A stretch of DNA of 63,820 bases, counting the filler, from Stramenopiles sp. TOSAG23-6 (taxonomy: Eukaryota): the NCBI GenBank assembly GCA_900128565.1. It is 13 parts of 13 records of this genome, joined end to end, with 100 filler letters (N's around TTAATTAATTAA, not from the genome) between each part and the next. Parts side by side here need not be neighbours in the genome. Positions count along the whole stretch, not along the records: positions 46,310 to 52,793 come from LT636688.1; positions 52,894 to 59,364 come from LT636689.1; positions 59,465 to 60,479 come from LT639951.1; 10 more parts are not named here. One strand, 5' to 3'. Both the position numbers and the translations under genes were made by a program. The notes under the pieces were generated by a model. It was not told the DNA's origin and ran no database searches. It was given only the letters and a program-made list of their open reading frames with translations. This document shows, one piece after another, positions 46,210-59,533 of the stretch. Within the stretch, counting starts at the first letter, position 1, and each line of letters opens with the position of its first letter.

Positions 46210-49200
46210 NNNNNNNNNNNNNNNNNNNNNNNNNNNNNNNNNNNNNNNNNNNNTTAATTAATTAANNNNNNNNNNNNNNNNNNNNNNNNNNNNNNNNNNN
46301 NNNNNNNNNGTACGAAATTTTGTACCTAACGATTTTTTTTTGAAATATTTTTTCACAATACTTGCTTAATGTTTCTCGATCTTGTCTTGAAGATGATTTG
46401 CAAAATTTGAAACGATACAAAATTGATTGGCCATTAATTATGAAACTTACTGAACTTCAGATTATTAATTTATCAGAAGAGAAACGGGCCTATTTTTCAA
46501 ACTTTTTTACTTCTACATTGGTACAACAACTTCTAGACGATGTATGTTTTATTTTTTTTCAATTTAAAATTTATTTTTCGTACGAAATTTTGTACCTAAT
46601 GATTTTTTTTGAAATATTTTTCCAAAATACTTGAAAGGCGTTTACGAATGCAAGCAGTTAAATCCGAATACGCTGAACTTGAAAATCTTATGGTTCAAGC
46701 AATGATTGAAATAGAGAAAGGTACACCACAAGCATTTAAAAAATACTTGAAGAAAATGGTAGAAAAATCCAAACTTAAAAAAATAGCGACTCTATATATT
46801 CATGATTATGATGATAACGAAATTTGCTCCGATATTGGGATGTGTAGTCCTTCTGAGTTGGAAATTCCAAAGCAACCGTATATTTGGCCTTGGATGGCAC
46901 GATTCTTACCTGGTGGGAGGTAATAGATGTAATACGTAGTAATGGGTAATAGTATAATACTATTGAATTGAAAGTGAGATGATATAAAAAATAAAAAAAA
47001 AGTAAAAAAAAAGTAAAATCATGAATTTCAAAATAAAAATAATCGCGAAATTTCAAAAAAACGCCGTATCTTTCTAAAAAAGAAATGATAGTACACAACA
47101 AAATTTAATTATAAGAAAATATTTATAGATTACAATGAAACGTAAAGTGGTTATCGAAAGGTCAAAGAATAACTCGGGAGAGCAGAGTGATTCTGGAGAT
47201 GAGTCGGTATCGAAACGGAGAAAACGGCTCATGATAAGACACCGGAGTAAACACTGGAAACTAGTTGTAGATGACAAAGGGGAAGATTCAATAGTGGAAG
47301 AGAATATTTTACAAGGTGACCCAACAGAACCCCCGGAAAATTCAAACGATTCACTTGTAGATTCATCAAAAGATAAAAACGATATATTACCAGCGATACA
47401 TCCTCCTGTTGCTTCACAAAGTAATTCCGGGCCCAAGTCAACACCAAGGCTTTTAATTAGACATAGAAGTAAAGCTTTTTTAAACACAGGCGAAACTAGT
47501 GAATCTGAAGTTGCTTTAAATGATAATGATAGTCATCACGATGAAAGTCAGGGCGATATTACAGAATTTCCCAGTATTAGTGAAACATCCGAAGCCGTTG
47601 ACTACGCTTCTTCACCAGAAGAATCTTCTACTGCTAAAGGTCAAACAAAACTCTCCGATGAAGATGAGCAAGTTGCTGCTGCGAAAGCGCTTCTTCAGTT
47701 ATCACCACGAGCTAAATCATAGTGTATCTCTCTCTCTCTTTCTTCNCCCCCCCCCCCATGAAATATAAACCCTGTTCATATATGTAAGCTCCATATAAAA
47801 CATTTGAAATAAATTTTATAGAAAGTAAAAAATAATTCACCAAACTTCCTCTTTTTCGGCCACGGGCTCAGTTTTTTTTGGAGAGTTATGAACACCGTTA
47901 CTATTTCCTTTCTCTTCATTGTTATCACCACCCATTTTATTAATAAGCTTATCCAAGAGGCCCCACTTTTGATTCCTTCGAAGTTTTTCAATTTCATTAC
48001 ATAAATCCTCTTTATCTTTCCAGAGTTTTTTANCACNTTCNAGNTTTTTTTTNTTNANTTGNTTTTTTCTGGGCTAGCATTTGCTTTGTTCGAAAAGTTT
48101 TACGCTCGTTTTCTATCCCAAGCATTCTAGCTTTGAATTCAAGTTTCCTCTGGATTTTTTCTACGTTATCCAATTTGTCCTTCAGCATGTTAATGAAAAA
48201 ATATGTCACCAAAGTTTTTTTGTTAGGTACAAAATGTAGTATAAAAGAAAAAAAAAATTATTCATGAAAATATACCTCATTTCAGCGAGAATGTTTTTGC
48301 GTTTTCGTTCTTCATCGCGCTTTTCTCTTGCAATTTTCTGCCTTGTCTCTTTTTGCATGCGTTTTTCAATGATCTCCTTAATACGATTCTTCTTAATTTG
48401 TTCCGCAGCTTCAAACTTTTTCTTCCGAAATTCAGCTGCAGCCTTTAAGTATGCCTCTCTTTTACGCCGTTCAATTTCTTCAATTTTCTCCTTTTCTTTT
48501 CGATATATTGCAGCTTCTTCTTGTTTTTTCGTGTAATCGTCTATAATTTTTTGCTGCTTGAAAGCATCGCGTTCTAACGCTTTTGCTATTCTGAGTTTAC
48601 TTTTATCCCGCACTTTTTGGCGTTCAATTCTCATTAATCTATTTGCTTCATCCATTCGTTCTAATCTGATTTGATTTGCGAGTTCCATATCCTTCATTTT
48701 TTGAAGTAGACGTTGTCGCTCATTTTTTTCAGCTTCTTCTGCATCTTCTTTTTTCTTTATTGCAGCTTTTACTGAGGCCGCATCGCGTTTTCTTTGCTCC
48801 CTTTGAAATGCTAATAATTCAGCTGCTTTTTTTTCCTTTGCAATTTTTCTCTCTCTATAATCTTTCTTTGCTTGCTCACGTGCAAGAGCACGTTCCTGTT
48901 TCAATCTTTGTTTTTTTTCAACATCTCTCTGACGCCGTAATTCTGCATTCGCAATTTGTCTGTCTTTACGTTCTTTGTTTCGTTTTTCTGTTTCTTTCTG
49001 TTCCCTTGCTCGTTTTGCTGCAGCTTCTGCAGTAACTTTGTTCATTGTCTTCTCAAATTCAATTACTCCTTCAATCTCTCGACGTTGTCTATCTCTGATA
49101 GCTTTCATTCTGATCATTTCAGCTTTGATCATTGAACTATTATCACCACCTCCTGACTTCATGGAATTTGCAAGAACCTGTGCAGCAACAGCGGAACCAA

Positions 49201-52200
49201 ATCCTTTCTTCTCCCGTGGAGGTGCTTTATTTGTAACAACTTCACCACGAGAGTTGCATTCGTTTCTTATTACATCTTCACGAGTTTGCTGAAGTTCCCA
49301 AAGCTTTCGCTGACGCTTATCTTCAAAATGTTTGTACTTCACAACAGCTAATTGCTTCCGCAAAGCAATATTTTTATTTTTTTTATCACTAAATGTGTGT
49401 ATTGCTCGGCGTTGAAGTTCTTCTTTTGAAAACCCACAACGCTCGGCAGCAAATGAAACTCTAGGTGTACCTAGTCGTATAAGAAAATCCTCTTGTTCCT
49501 CAGTAACTCTAGGACGTTTTGATTTCCCCTTCATACCAGCCACGCCATCTCTGGAAGATCTTACCATACTCTTCTATACTGCTTTAATCACCGATTTGTT
49601 TCAGTTTTGCTGAAAGATACAAGATGTTGATTGGATAATAGTACTACCTTCAAAACGAACGTTTCATAAAAAAAAAAACACGAAATATACGATTTTTATT
49701 TTTTCGAAGATGTATTGCCAATATTTAGATTAGTTCTGTCAAATAGGAGAGTCAAATATAGGTTTCATGTAATCTTTACCATAGCATACAATGAGAAGTT
49801 CATTAACCAGCGAATCTGTTGGAACGAGGACATCAATTCCCCAAAGTTTTCCATTGACTTTGTATTGTAAAAAAATATTAAAAAAAAAGAATCCTTAGGT
49901 ACAAAATTTCGTACGAAAAATATTGAAATTTTAAAATGGACAACATACAAATTATCCGTAAATGCTCTTTCATAGTTCTTCCACGGCCCGACAGTTACTG
50001 TGTCTGGAACAATATCGACATGAAGGTCACCTTTATAATCTTGATCACATTGTGAATAAACCCTATCATTAATAGTGTATGGCTCTGTACATGAAAATTT
50101 GATCAATTGTGCTTGAACACCATTATAGTTCAATTTCTCCATATTTTGAACTCTTTTATCATGTATTGTGAAAAATTATTTTTTTTTTTTTTTCGGTAAA
50201 AAAAAAAAAAAAAAAATCGTTAGGTACACAATTTCGTATGAAAAAATAAATTCGAAATTGAAAAGAAAACCTACATATTGCAAATTATTTTCATTATCAG
50301 AACATTTAGATGCATCGCATGTTAATGTTTGACTATATTTTTTCCAAGAATTTAAAACAGTTTCATCTCGTAAATTCACGCGAAGGTCCACATCATCATC
50401 ATGAATAATAGGTTCTCCTCTCTTGAATTCTAATAGAGTTCCATTAGAAAGTGTTTATTGTGAAAAATATTTTTTTTTTTAAAAATATCGTTAGGTACGA
50501 AATTTCATACCAAAAAAAAAAAGATTGAAAATCATCATGAAAACGTACATTACTGGAATATGATTTTTTTTCATTGTAGATGTTATTGCTTTAAGTATTG
50601 CAACTCTATATTGATATACATAGCTATAATTTTCAGGTGTTATTTTTATCTGAGAGTGTTGATATTTATCAGCGATGGGATTTTCATTGTTCTTTTTATC
50701 TTTGATGTCTTCGATATCTTCATTATTTTTTGATATTGTTATTTCTGTTGTAGTAGCATCGCTAGTTGCTTCAATATTATCACCAGTCTTTATATTTTCA
50801 TTATTTGTATTATGCCCTGCTTTATCCTCTTTGATATTACCATCATTCGTTTCAACAATATCCGCAACGTTACTCGCAATAATCTTATCAACGGTCTCAT
50901 TATTATCCGGTGTATAAAGCTCAGGAAATGTTTTATCGTCACTCTTTAAGCTCTTTAACTTTGCTTTGAACCTTGAATTATCTTTTTTATTCTGAGATTT
51001 TACGGGTTTCATTAAATACGTACTGATACGATTAGCCCATACCTCTGATGTATTGTCAAGTTTGAGATAGTCAGAACCAAACCGTTTCCTTGACGACAAA
51101 GTAGCCAAGTTTTTTGCTGTAGAAAAATTGACAGATAAAACAAGTAAAAAGAATTCAAAGAATTGCATTGTTCTTCCAAGCAAATTCTTGTGATTGTGCG
51201 AAAATTAGACGTGTGTACAATTCACCCAAAGTACCACACAGTTGTAGAATATTCTATGTGGTGGTTTATGTTGTTTGACGTTATTTTTGAATTTTTTTGA
51301 AAAATTTTTGAAATCGAAATCGAAATATTTTTCCGAATAGAATACATCCGAAATCGCCTAAAAATGTTTCACAACAACTATATTTACTATTTTATATACA
51401 TGAATACATTGAACATTATAAATCAACATGAATGCCCGAACATAGGCCTTTACCTTGTAAGTAGTTATGGTGAATCGATCTCATTTGAGTTTCAGAAAGT
51501 CCAGAAAGTGAAGCTGATCCCTCGACACATCCTTGGTTCTCAATATCTATGAAAAAGGGCAAATCTATAGGTGTTATTTTTAATTCTTTTTGTAGCCAAT
51601 AAGCAACACTAACATCTTCCAAGGTTCCAATTGCTTTAAGAGTGCCTCTTTGTGCTTTTCTACTCAAAAACTCTACTAAATCATGTGAAAGAATGTAGTG
51701 AGAACCATGGGCAAAAGGAGGGAAAGCTGCTCCATCAAAGTCAGAAAAGGGAACATAATTTCTATGAGATGGTTCGCGCATTGGCCAGACTTTTCGATGA
51801 AATCGTGTTGCCCAAACTTCCCCAAAAAATGCTTTTGATACGGGTGCTCCATTTTCAGGTCGTAGTTGCTTTACAATATTATCAAGTGTGACGTAGACAT
51901 CAGCATCAATCATCAAAACATACTTAAAATTGAAGTGGGAAGTTATATACGCAAAGAATGACACAGTTTTTTGAACTAATGTAAAATAACTATCAATCAC
52001 ATCAATCGAATCTTCTAATAGTAAGTCTCCATATTTAGCTTGTTCCTCTTCAAGTTCTTTCTTTGCTTTATCCTTGTCAGCAAATTTTGTCCAATCAGGT
52101 CGGCCGATGATGAATAAAATTTTTGTAGTACTGTTCGTATGATCACTACCCGATATCCAAGTTTCTCTTGCTGTCATCCGTCTTGACACGGATTTTGCAG

Positions 52201-52893
52201 CGACTTTTATACCTACAATGACATTTACATTTTTTTTCTTTATTTTTCTGAATTCACCAGATGTTGGTGTGTATTGTTTCAAATAAACTGGTTGTTGTTT
52301 GGGTTGGTTAGTGGCAAATTTATCTTTGTCATGATCATTTGTGTAATAGACATCTTTTGGATGAAAGAGCATGGATTGCCCAACAGCAGGTTGGAGTGAA
52401 AAATTGACATGATTTGTTTTACCAATAGCTTCATACAAAATATTACATGGTGCACTACCTAGCATACCTACACAATTATTCTTCTCTTTTGTAGCTTTTT
52501 GATTTGGTCGTATAACTACTCCGGCAGCGGATGTGTCCATTAGAGTTGCAGTCATGGAGTATTTTCCTGTGACCAAGTTTTTTAATTGAACAACTGATGC
52601 AAAAAGACCTTCACACCAACGCCATTCTTTGCCTTTAGGTTCCAACAAATCCGGACCCTTCATTGTGAAACACATCGCAGTAGATTCTTCATTACGTTCG
52701 TTGAAACTTTTAACATCGTCCACCAGAATGTATTTTGAAAAAATATTTCAAAAAAAAAACTTAAATTTGTTAGGTACAAAATTTCGTACGAAANNNNNNN
52801 NNNNNNNNNNNNNNNNNNNNNNNNNNNNNNNNNNNNNTTAATTAATTAANNNNNNNNNNNNNNNNNNNNNNNNNNNNNNNNNNNNNNNNNNNN

Positions 52894-52949
52894 TTTTGTA
52901 CCTAACAAATTTAAGTTTTTTTTTTTTGAAATATTTTTCCAAAATACAT
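52894..52949 (+). other. Non-canonical intron, 3' part (..CCAAAATAC-AT)
   Basis: Followed by xWSISS...EFFIALCLI (EH domain). Confidence 0.7.
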
Positions 52950-55900
52950 TTGGTCCATTTCATCAAAAAAGGAAGCAAATGTTTTATACATCGATGAGTT
53001 TTTTATTGCTCTTTGTCTTATTTCTTGTGCTCAAAATCAACAAAAAGTTGATATTTCAAGTTTATCTTTATCATTAGAGCTACCACCTGCAAAATTTGAA
53101 GGTATTGATTTACCTTTAGGAATTGATCATTCTTTAAAACAACAAACAAAAATAACACCAACAACAAAAACAACAACAACAACAACACCAACAATATTAC
53201 CACCAGCACCACCACCAGCACCAACAACAACAACAACACCAACACCAACAACAACGCCACCAACAAAAACAACAACAACAACAACAACAACACCAACAAA
53301 ACCAGAAACACTACGCCGTGATACATCAGATATTGATGATGTAATGATGCGAATGATTGATTGTTCACCAACTACATCAAAGAAAACATCAGAAGAGGAG
53401 AGTTTAAGTCTTAGTGCATTGAAAATTCGCAAACGATCAAATACAAAATCTATTGATGAGATTGAATCAACGTATTATAGATTATTATTTAATGCTGTTG
53501 ATAAAACGGGTGCTAATGATGAAAAATTAAAGGGTAAAGAAGTCGTTACATTTATGAAAAAATCTGGTATTGATAAAAATGTGTTGAAAGAAATTTGGAT
53601 TTTAGCTGATCAAAATAGAAATTATTATCTTGAATTTAATGAATTTATTATAGCCATGCGATTAATCGCATTAGTGCAATCTAAAATGTCTCTTGATATA
53701 ACAAAAGTATCAAATATAGATACATTTATTGCATTAAATATCCCTCTTGCTCAATTTGAAGGTCATCCTACACCACCAGTCTTACCTGGAAGTCTAAGTC
53801 GTCTGGGTGGAATATATGTTTTATTTTATTTCAATTTCGAATTTATTTTTTTTTTTGGTAAAAAATTTTTGTACCTAACAAATTTTTTTTTTATAGAAAA
53901 TTTTGAAATATTTTTTCAAAATAAATGATTGTCCAAAAAAATAATGATAAAATGTCAGCATTTGATGATATTGATGATATTGATGATAAAATGTCAGGAT
54001 TTAATAGTATTGATGATAAAAATGATAATGATACTAATGATACTAATGAAAACAATGATACTAATGAAAACAATGATACTAATGATAGTAATAAGGATAA
54101 TGATGGTCCACAAGAACAAGTAGAAGATTTATTTTCTACAAATAATATAGAAATCATTTCGAATGATTTAAACCCTAACCCTCATGAAGATGATTCAATA
54201 CACACTAACCCTAATGATTGTATTGAAAAAAATCCTACAATTCCAATTTCTTTATTTAATTCTGGTGATATTGTATTCCGTCTTAATCAACGTAATGTAT
54301 ACCAACCAGCAATTATTTTAAAAGTTCACAAAGATGATCCAACAATTTCAAGTGTTTATTACACAGTACGTGTTGGTACTTCTGATGGTAAAGGTAGAGA
54401 AATTCAAACTGTTTCCGAGAGATTATTTTTTGCAACTTCAATGACTGACGTTCTTATTCAAAAGTATTTTAAAGAATTATCCCAAGTAAATATCTCAAAT
54501 GTTGACATCACAAATGATTCTTCAGCGACAAATACTACAAATACTACAAATACTACAAATATAAATACAAATAATCATCATAATAATACAAATAATAATA
54601 ATACTATAAATACTACTACAAATACTACTACAAATAACGCAATGGTGGGTGGTAAAAATGCTGTAATTTTTTTTTCTCGTTCCAAAATTTTGAAATCAAT
54701 TTTAAGACAAATTTGGAGTATTGTCGATGATCAAAATATTGGACAATTGTCATTTGCACAGTTTACATTAGTCATGCATTTTATTTCTTTGGCACAAAGT
54801 AGTATAAGTGAAACTATACAATGGCCAAATTTAAATCTTTCTAAAGGTTTAGAAATATTATCAAAATATCCAATGCAACCTTGTTTGATGATTTTAACAG
54901 ATGATGAAAATAAACAAAATCAAAATGTACAAAATCAGTATGTAAATGATATTAATACGACTGCATTATTCAATTCTAAAGAATTACAAGATGATAATAA
55001 TAATAATAATAATAATAATATATTACTTAATTCCAAAGAATTACAAGATGATAATAATAATAATAATAATAATATATTACTTAATTCTAAAGAATTACAA
55101 GATGATAATAATAATAATAATATATTACTTAATTCTAAAGAATTACAAGATGATAAAAATTCAGTATTGACAAATACAAAATCTATTGATGAGATTGAAT
55201 CAACGTATTATAGATTATTATTTAATGCTGTTGATAAAACGGGTGCTAATGATGAAAAATTAAAGGGTAAAGAAGTCGTTACATTTATGAAAAAATCTGG
55301 TATTGATAAAAATGTGTTGAAAGAAATTTGGATTTTAGCTGATCAAAATAGAAATTATTATCTTGAATTTAATGAATTTATTATAGCCATGCGATTAATC
55401 GCATTAGTGCAATCTAAAATGTCTCTTGATATAACAAAAGTATCAAATATAGATACATTTATTGCATTAAATATCCCTCTTGCTCAATTTGAAGGTCATC
55501 CTACACCACCAGTCTTACCTAAAATAGATGTTGAAACGACAGTTACAAATGATGATGAATGGGGTGCATTTACAGATGGTACTTTGGATAATGATTTGAT
55601 GATGAATGATACTACTACTACTACTACTAATAATAATAATAATAAAGAAGAAAAAGAAGAAGAAGAAGAAGAATGGGGTGCATTTAAAGATGGTACTTTG
55701 GATAATGATTTGATGATGAATGATAATAATAAAGAAGAAAAAGAAAAAGAAGAAGAAGAAGAATGGGGTGCATTTACAGATGGTACTTTGGATAATGATT
55801 TGATGATGAATGATACTACTACTACTACTACTAATAATAATAATAATAAAGAAGAAAAAGAAGAAGAAGAAGAAGAATGGGGTGCATTTAAAGATGGTAC

Positions 55901-57335
55901 TTTGGATAATGATTTGATGATGAATGATAATAATAAAGAAGAAAAAGAAAAAGAAGAAGAAGAAGAATGGGGTGCATTTACAGATGGTACTTTGGATAAT
56001 GATTTGATGATGAATGATACTACTACTAATAATAAAGAAGAAGAAGAAGAATGGGGTGCATTTACAGATGGTACTTTGGATAATAAAAGTACAGACTTGA
56101 ATGATACTAATAATAATAAAGAAGAAAAAAAAGAAAAAGAAAAAAAAGAAAAAGAAGAATGGGAAGATTTTAATGAAGGAGAATTTGAATTTCCAGAAGG
56201 AAAAGTTCATGATATTTCCTCTACTGATGATGATGATGATAATAAAGAGACTTCATCATTAGGTACGAATATCGATTTATTTAGTGCATTTGATGAGATT
56301 GGATGTAATGCGTATGAAGATTTTAAGGGTAGTGAAATGAAGCGTCCATCTCTAAGCTTGGAAAATTTAAGTGAAGGATTGAGCACTAACCCTAACCCGA
56401 ACATTGATGCAAATCAATTAGATCCTACAGATTCATTACAATCATCAAAATCATCAAAATCATTAAAACGGAAGCCTTCATTGAATATAAATACATCTTT
56501 TGGAAGCTCATTCCTCTCAGATATGTCACATGTATCATCACAAAGTTGTGTATCAATTCCTAGTATAAAATCACCATCATCTCCGTTTGCTGGTGATGAA
56601 TGGTTGAAAGATCCAAATATATGTATGTTTTATTTTTTTTCAATGTTTAGTTTTAGTTTACATTTGTTGTTTTTTTTTTTATAGGAAAAAAAAAATGTTG
56701 TACCTAACAAATTTTTTTAGAATTTTTTTAAAAATATTTTTCCAAAATATATCAATACCAGATAATAAAAGTATTCATTGGCCTATCAAGGGTAATTTTA
56801 CAACAGTTGTAGCTGCATTGCTTTCAACAGGACGTGTTGCTGATGCTGCAGCATGTCAATTACATATAGTCAAACTTGACGAATTATGTATGTTTTAATT
56901 TTTTTTTGTATGAATTTTTTTTTTTTTGGTGAAAAAATTTTGTACCTAACAAATTTAAGTTTTTTTTTTGAAATATTTTTCCAAAATATATCTGTGTTGG
57001 AGCAAGATATTGAAGATGCACGAAATAATGAAGATTTGTCACTCATTGGTCATCTCAAAAAACGAATTGAAATGTTGAAAAAATCATTAGTTAGTGAAGA
57101 TATTCAATCATCTTGGAGATTGTCTGATGATAATTGGAAAGATGAATATGTTACAAATGATGTACATGATGAAAATACAGATAATGTAAATGATGAAAAT
57201 ACAGATAATATGAATGATGAAAATACAGATAATGTAAATGATGAAAATACAGATGATAACAACGAAAACAACAATAACAACAAAAAAGATACAAACAATA
57301 CAAACAATACAAACAATACAAACAATACAAACAAT

Positions 57336-57377
<42 letters not shown>

Positions 57378-58625
57378 CAACAAATATCCGTAAGACTTCC
57401 AAGTAGTATATTACGTATGCGTCAAATATTACGAATTTTATTCAAAAAACAACATATTATGACAAAACGTCCTTGCTTATTATTTATGCGTAGTCATATA
57501 CCACCGAGTTTACCTGTACCTTTTTTTTTTTTTTTTTTTNATACGAAAATTTAAGTTTTTTTTTTTTGGTTTTCATACGAAAATTTGTACCTAACAAAAA
57601 AAAAATCAAATGTTTGAAATATTTTTCAACAATATTTGTCCATCGATTAGATGTAAATACAGCTGTAGAATCCTATTGTAATGCTGCCTTATCATTTCGA
57701 TTAATAACAAGATTATACACTGCTTCTAAAATGTTGGTTTTTTTTGTTTCATTATTATTTTATTATTTTTCACAATTTTTCTACATTTCAAATAATATAT
57801 ATTTGAAATTATTATTTTATTATTTTTCACAATTTTTCTACATTTCAAATAATATATATTTCAATATATATTTCAAATATATATACTTGAATATATTTGT
57901 ATTTGAATATGTTTTATTATTCATAATATTTCAAATGTTTTTAAAATGTATTCAAAATATTTCAAAAATTTTTCCACACACTAAATTTCATCAAAATTTC
58001 TTAAAAATATATTTTTTCATACTACAGGAAACAATATGGTTCAATTTGGATTCAAATAATTCGTGCTGTAATAACAGAAACAAAGCGTGCGATTTCATTA
58101 TTGAATTCTTTAGATTCTGTTGGAGATTTGAATGTAATGAAACAAGCTAAAACAAATGAAAAATATTTGAAATATTGGCGAGGTTTAGCCATGATGTTTA
58201 CTGTATGTAATTTTATTTTAATTACAATCACAAATTCCTTTTGGGAAGAACCCGTGCTTTTAGAAACATTTCGTGTTTTAGAAGATTTATTACAAACGGG
58301 AACCGGGATTCGTATAAATAATGTAGTGAAAACACAAAAAGAATATTATACCGAAAAAGATTTATATTCATATTTTACTTCACTTGAACTTCAATTTTGT
58401 ACAAAATATTGTCATTTAACATTGTTACCTATTCTGAAATTATCAACAACAACAACAACAACATCACCAATAAAAACAACATTATCAACAACAACAACAA
58501 CATCACCAATACATGATTGTGACCAAGTTCATGACATATTTGCTACAATTATAGTAGATGGTAAAGAATATTTTGCTGGTGCAGCAAATTTATGGGTGAA
58601 TTGTGTTGATACAAATCTCCCTTGA
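52950..58625 (+). CDS. Synergin-gamma-like multi-EH-domain AP-1 accessory protein, 5'-partial, at least 6 exons
   Basis: EH domains (LKEIWILADQNRNYYLEFNEFIIAMRLI), repeated acidic EEWGAF motifs resembling gamma-adaptin-ear ligands, and C-terminal YFAGAANLWVNCV. Introns at 53814-53926, 56623-56752, 56888-56991, 57516-57637 and 57733-58027. Confidence 0.7.
53814..53926 (+). other. Family intron with AT..AT termini (113 nt)
   Basis: AT|ATATGTTTT...TTTTGTACCTAAC...TCAAAATAA-AT|GATT is in frame. Confidence 0.7.
55557..56085 (+). repeat. Coding tandem repeat, 6 x EWGAF(T/K)DGTLDN
   Basis: gaatggggtgcattta(c/a)agatggtactttggataat recurs six times. Confidence 0.9.
56623..56752 (+). other. Non-canonical intron GT..AT (130 nt)
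   Basis: AT|GTATGTTTT...GTACCTAAC...CCAAAATAT-AT|CA is in frame. An in-frame CAG also lies 9 nt downstream. Confidence 0.65.
56888..56991 (+). other. Non-canonical intron GT..AT (104 nt)
   Basis: AT|GTATGTTTT...GTACCTAAC...CCAAAATAT-AT|CT is in frame. Confidence 0.75.
57516..57637 (+). other. Non-canonical intron GT..TT (122 nt)
   Basis: CT|GTACCTTTT...CATACGAAAATTTGTACCTAAC...CAACAATAT-TT|GTC. The next three AGs are out of frame. Confidence 0.75.
57733..58027 (+). other. Canonical GT-AG intron (295 nt) without the core motif
   Basis: AT|GTTGGT...CTACAG|G gives SKM-KQYGSIWIQ, in frame with the last exon. Confidence 0.75.
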
Positions 58626-58784
58626 AAAACGAATAAAATTAAAAAATTAAATTGTGTTTTAATCTCCCTTGAAAAACCTCTAATGATGATATCAAACATT
58701 TAAAATTTTAAATTTTCTTTAATTTCTTCAGTTTCAAGAAATCCTACTAACCCTACAAAATTTTAAATTTTACACACAAAATTT

Positions 58785-59249
58785 TTATACATTCAAAATT
58801 AAATTTTCTTCAATTTCTTCAGTTTCAAGAAATCTCTTCAAGTCTTGCAAGGCTAAAGATTCAATTGTCTCACTATACTCAATTGCTAAATTAATAGATT
58901 GAGATTGTTCAGCACGAACATGATCAACACGAAATTTGCTTATATTTTCATTATTTTCATTATTTTTAGTATCAACACGAAATTTGTTTATATTTTCATT
59001 ATTTTCATTATTTTTAGTAGTAGTAGTAGAGTTATCCAAAAAATCAATATTTCGTGTTTTGACAGGCTCTAATGAGTTAATCCAAGTCACAGCTGCACGT
59101 AAATTACACAAATAATAAATAGCCTCCGAATTTTCACAATAACTACCAAAATTCATTAACCTTGAAATCACTCTATGTGGAAATTTAATCTTTGACTGTA
59201 TAATACAATACACAAAAATTGGAAAAATATCATCTTGTGACAGACTTAC
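58785..59249 (-). CDS. VPS9-domain (Rab5 GEF) protein, last exon; preceded by a family intron ending ..CAAAATAA-AT at 59250
   Basis: LSQDDIFPIFVYCIIQS...SEAIYYLCNLRAAVTWINSL matches the VPS9 pattern. Confidence 0.8.
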   Translation of the reverse strand, partial: VSLSQDDIFPIFVYCIIQSKIKFPHRVISRLMNFGSYCENSEAIYYLCNLRAAVTWINSLEPVKTRNIDFLDNSTTTTKNNENNENINKFRVDTKNNENNENISKFRVDHVRAEQSQSINLAIEYSETIESLALQDLKRFLETEEIEENLILNV

Positions 59250-59533
59250 ATTTATTTTGTGAAAATATTTCAAAACACAAAAATTAAGGTTAGGTATGAA
59301 ATGTCGTATATGAAAATATAAGCAAATTTCGTGTTGATCATGTTCGTGCTGAACAATCTCAATCNNNNNNNNNNNNNNNNNNNNNNNNNNNNNNNNNNNN
59401 NNNNNNNNTTAATTAATTAANNNNNNNNNNNNNNNNNNNNNNNNNNNNNNNNNNNNNNNNNNNNTTGTTAGGTACAAAATTTCGTACGAAAAAAAAATTC
59501 GATTTTTTTGTAAAAAAAAAAATTAAAACATAC

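Noticed and set aside
46310-52793. Tandem segmental duplication
   Set aside because: Identical down to ambiguous bases and separated by a linker, so it is a redundant contig. Its introns were not counted twice.
55515-57402. Poly-Phe/Ile/Cys/Leu ORFs on the minus strand and similar short shadow ORFs elsewhere
   Set aside because: Antisense or off-frame readings of trinucleotide-rich coding repeats.
59321-59364. Inverted copy of 58897-58940 at the contig end
   Set aside because: Short fold-back artefact that truncates the intron.
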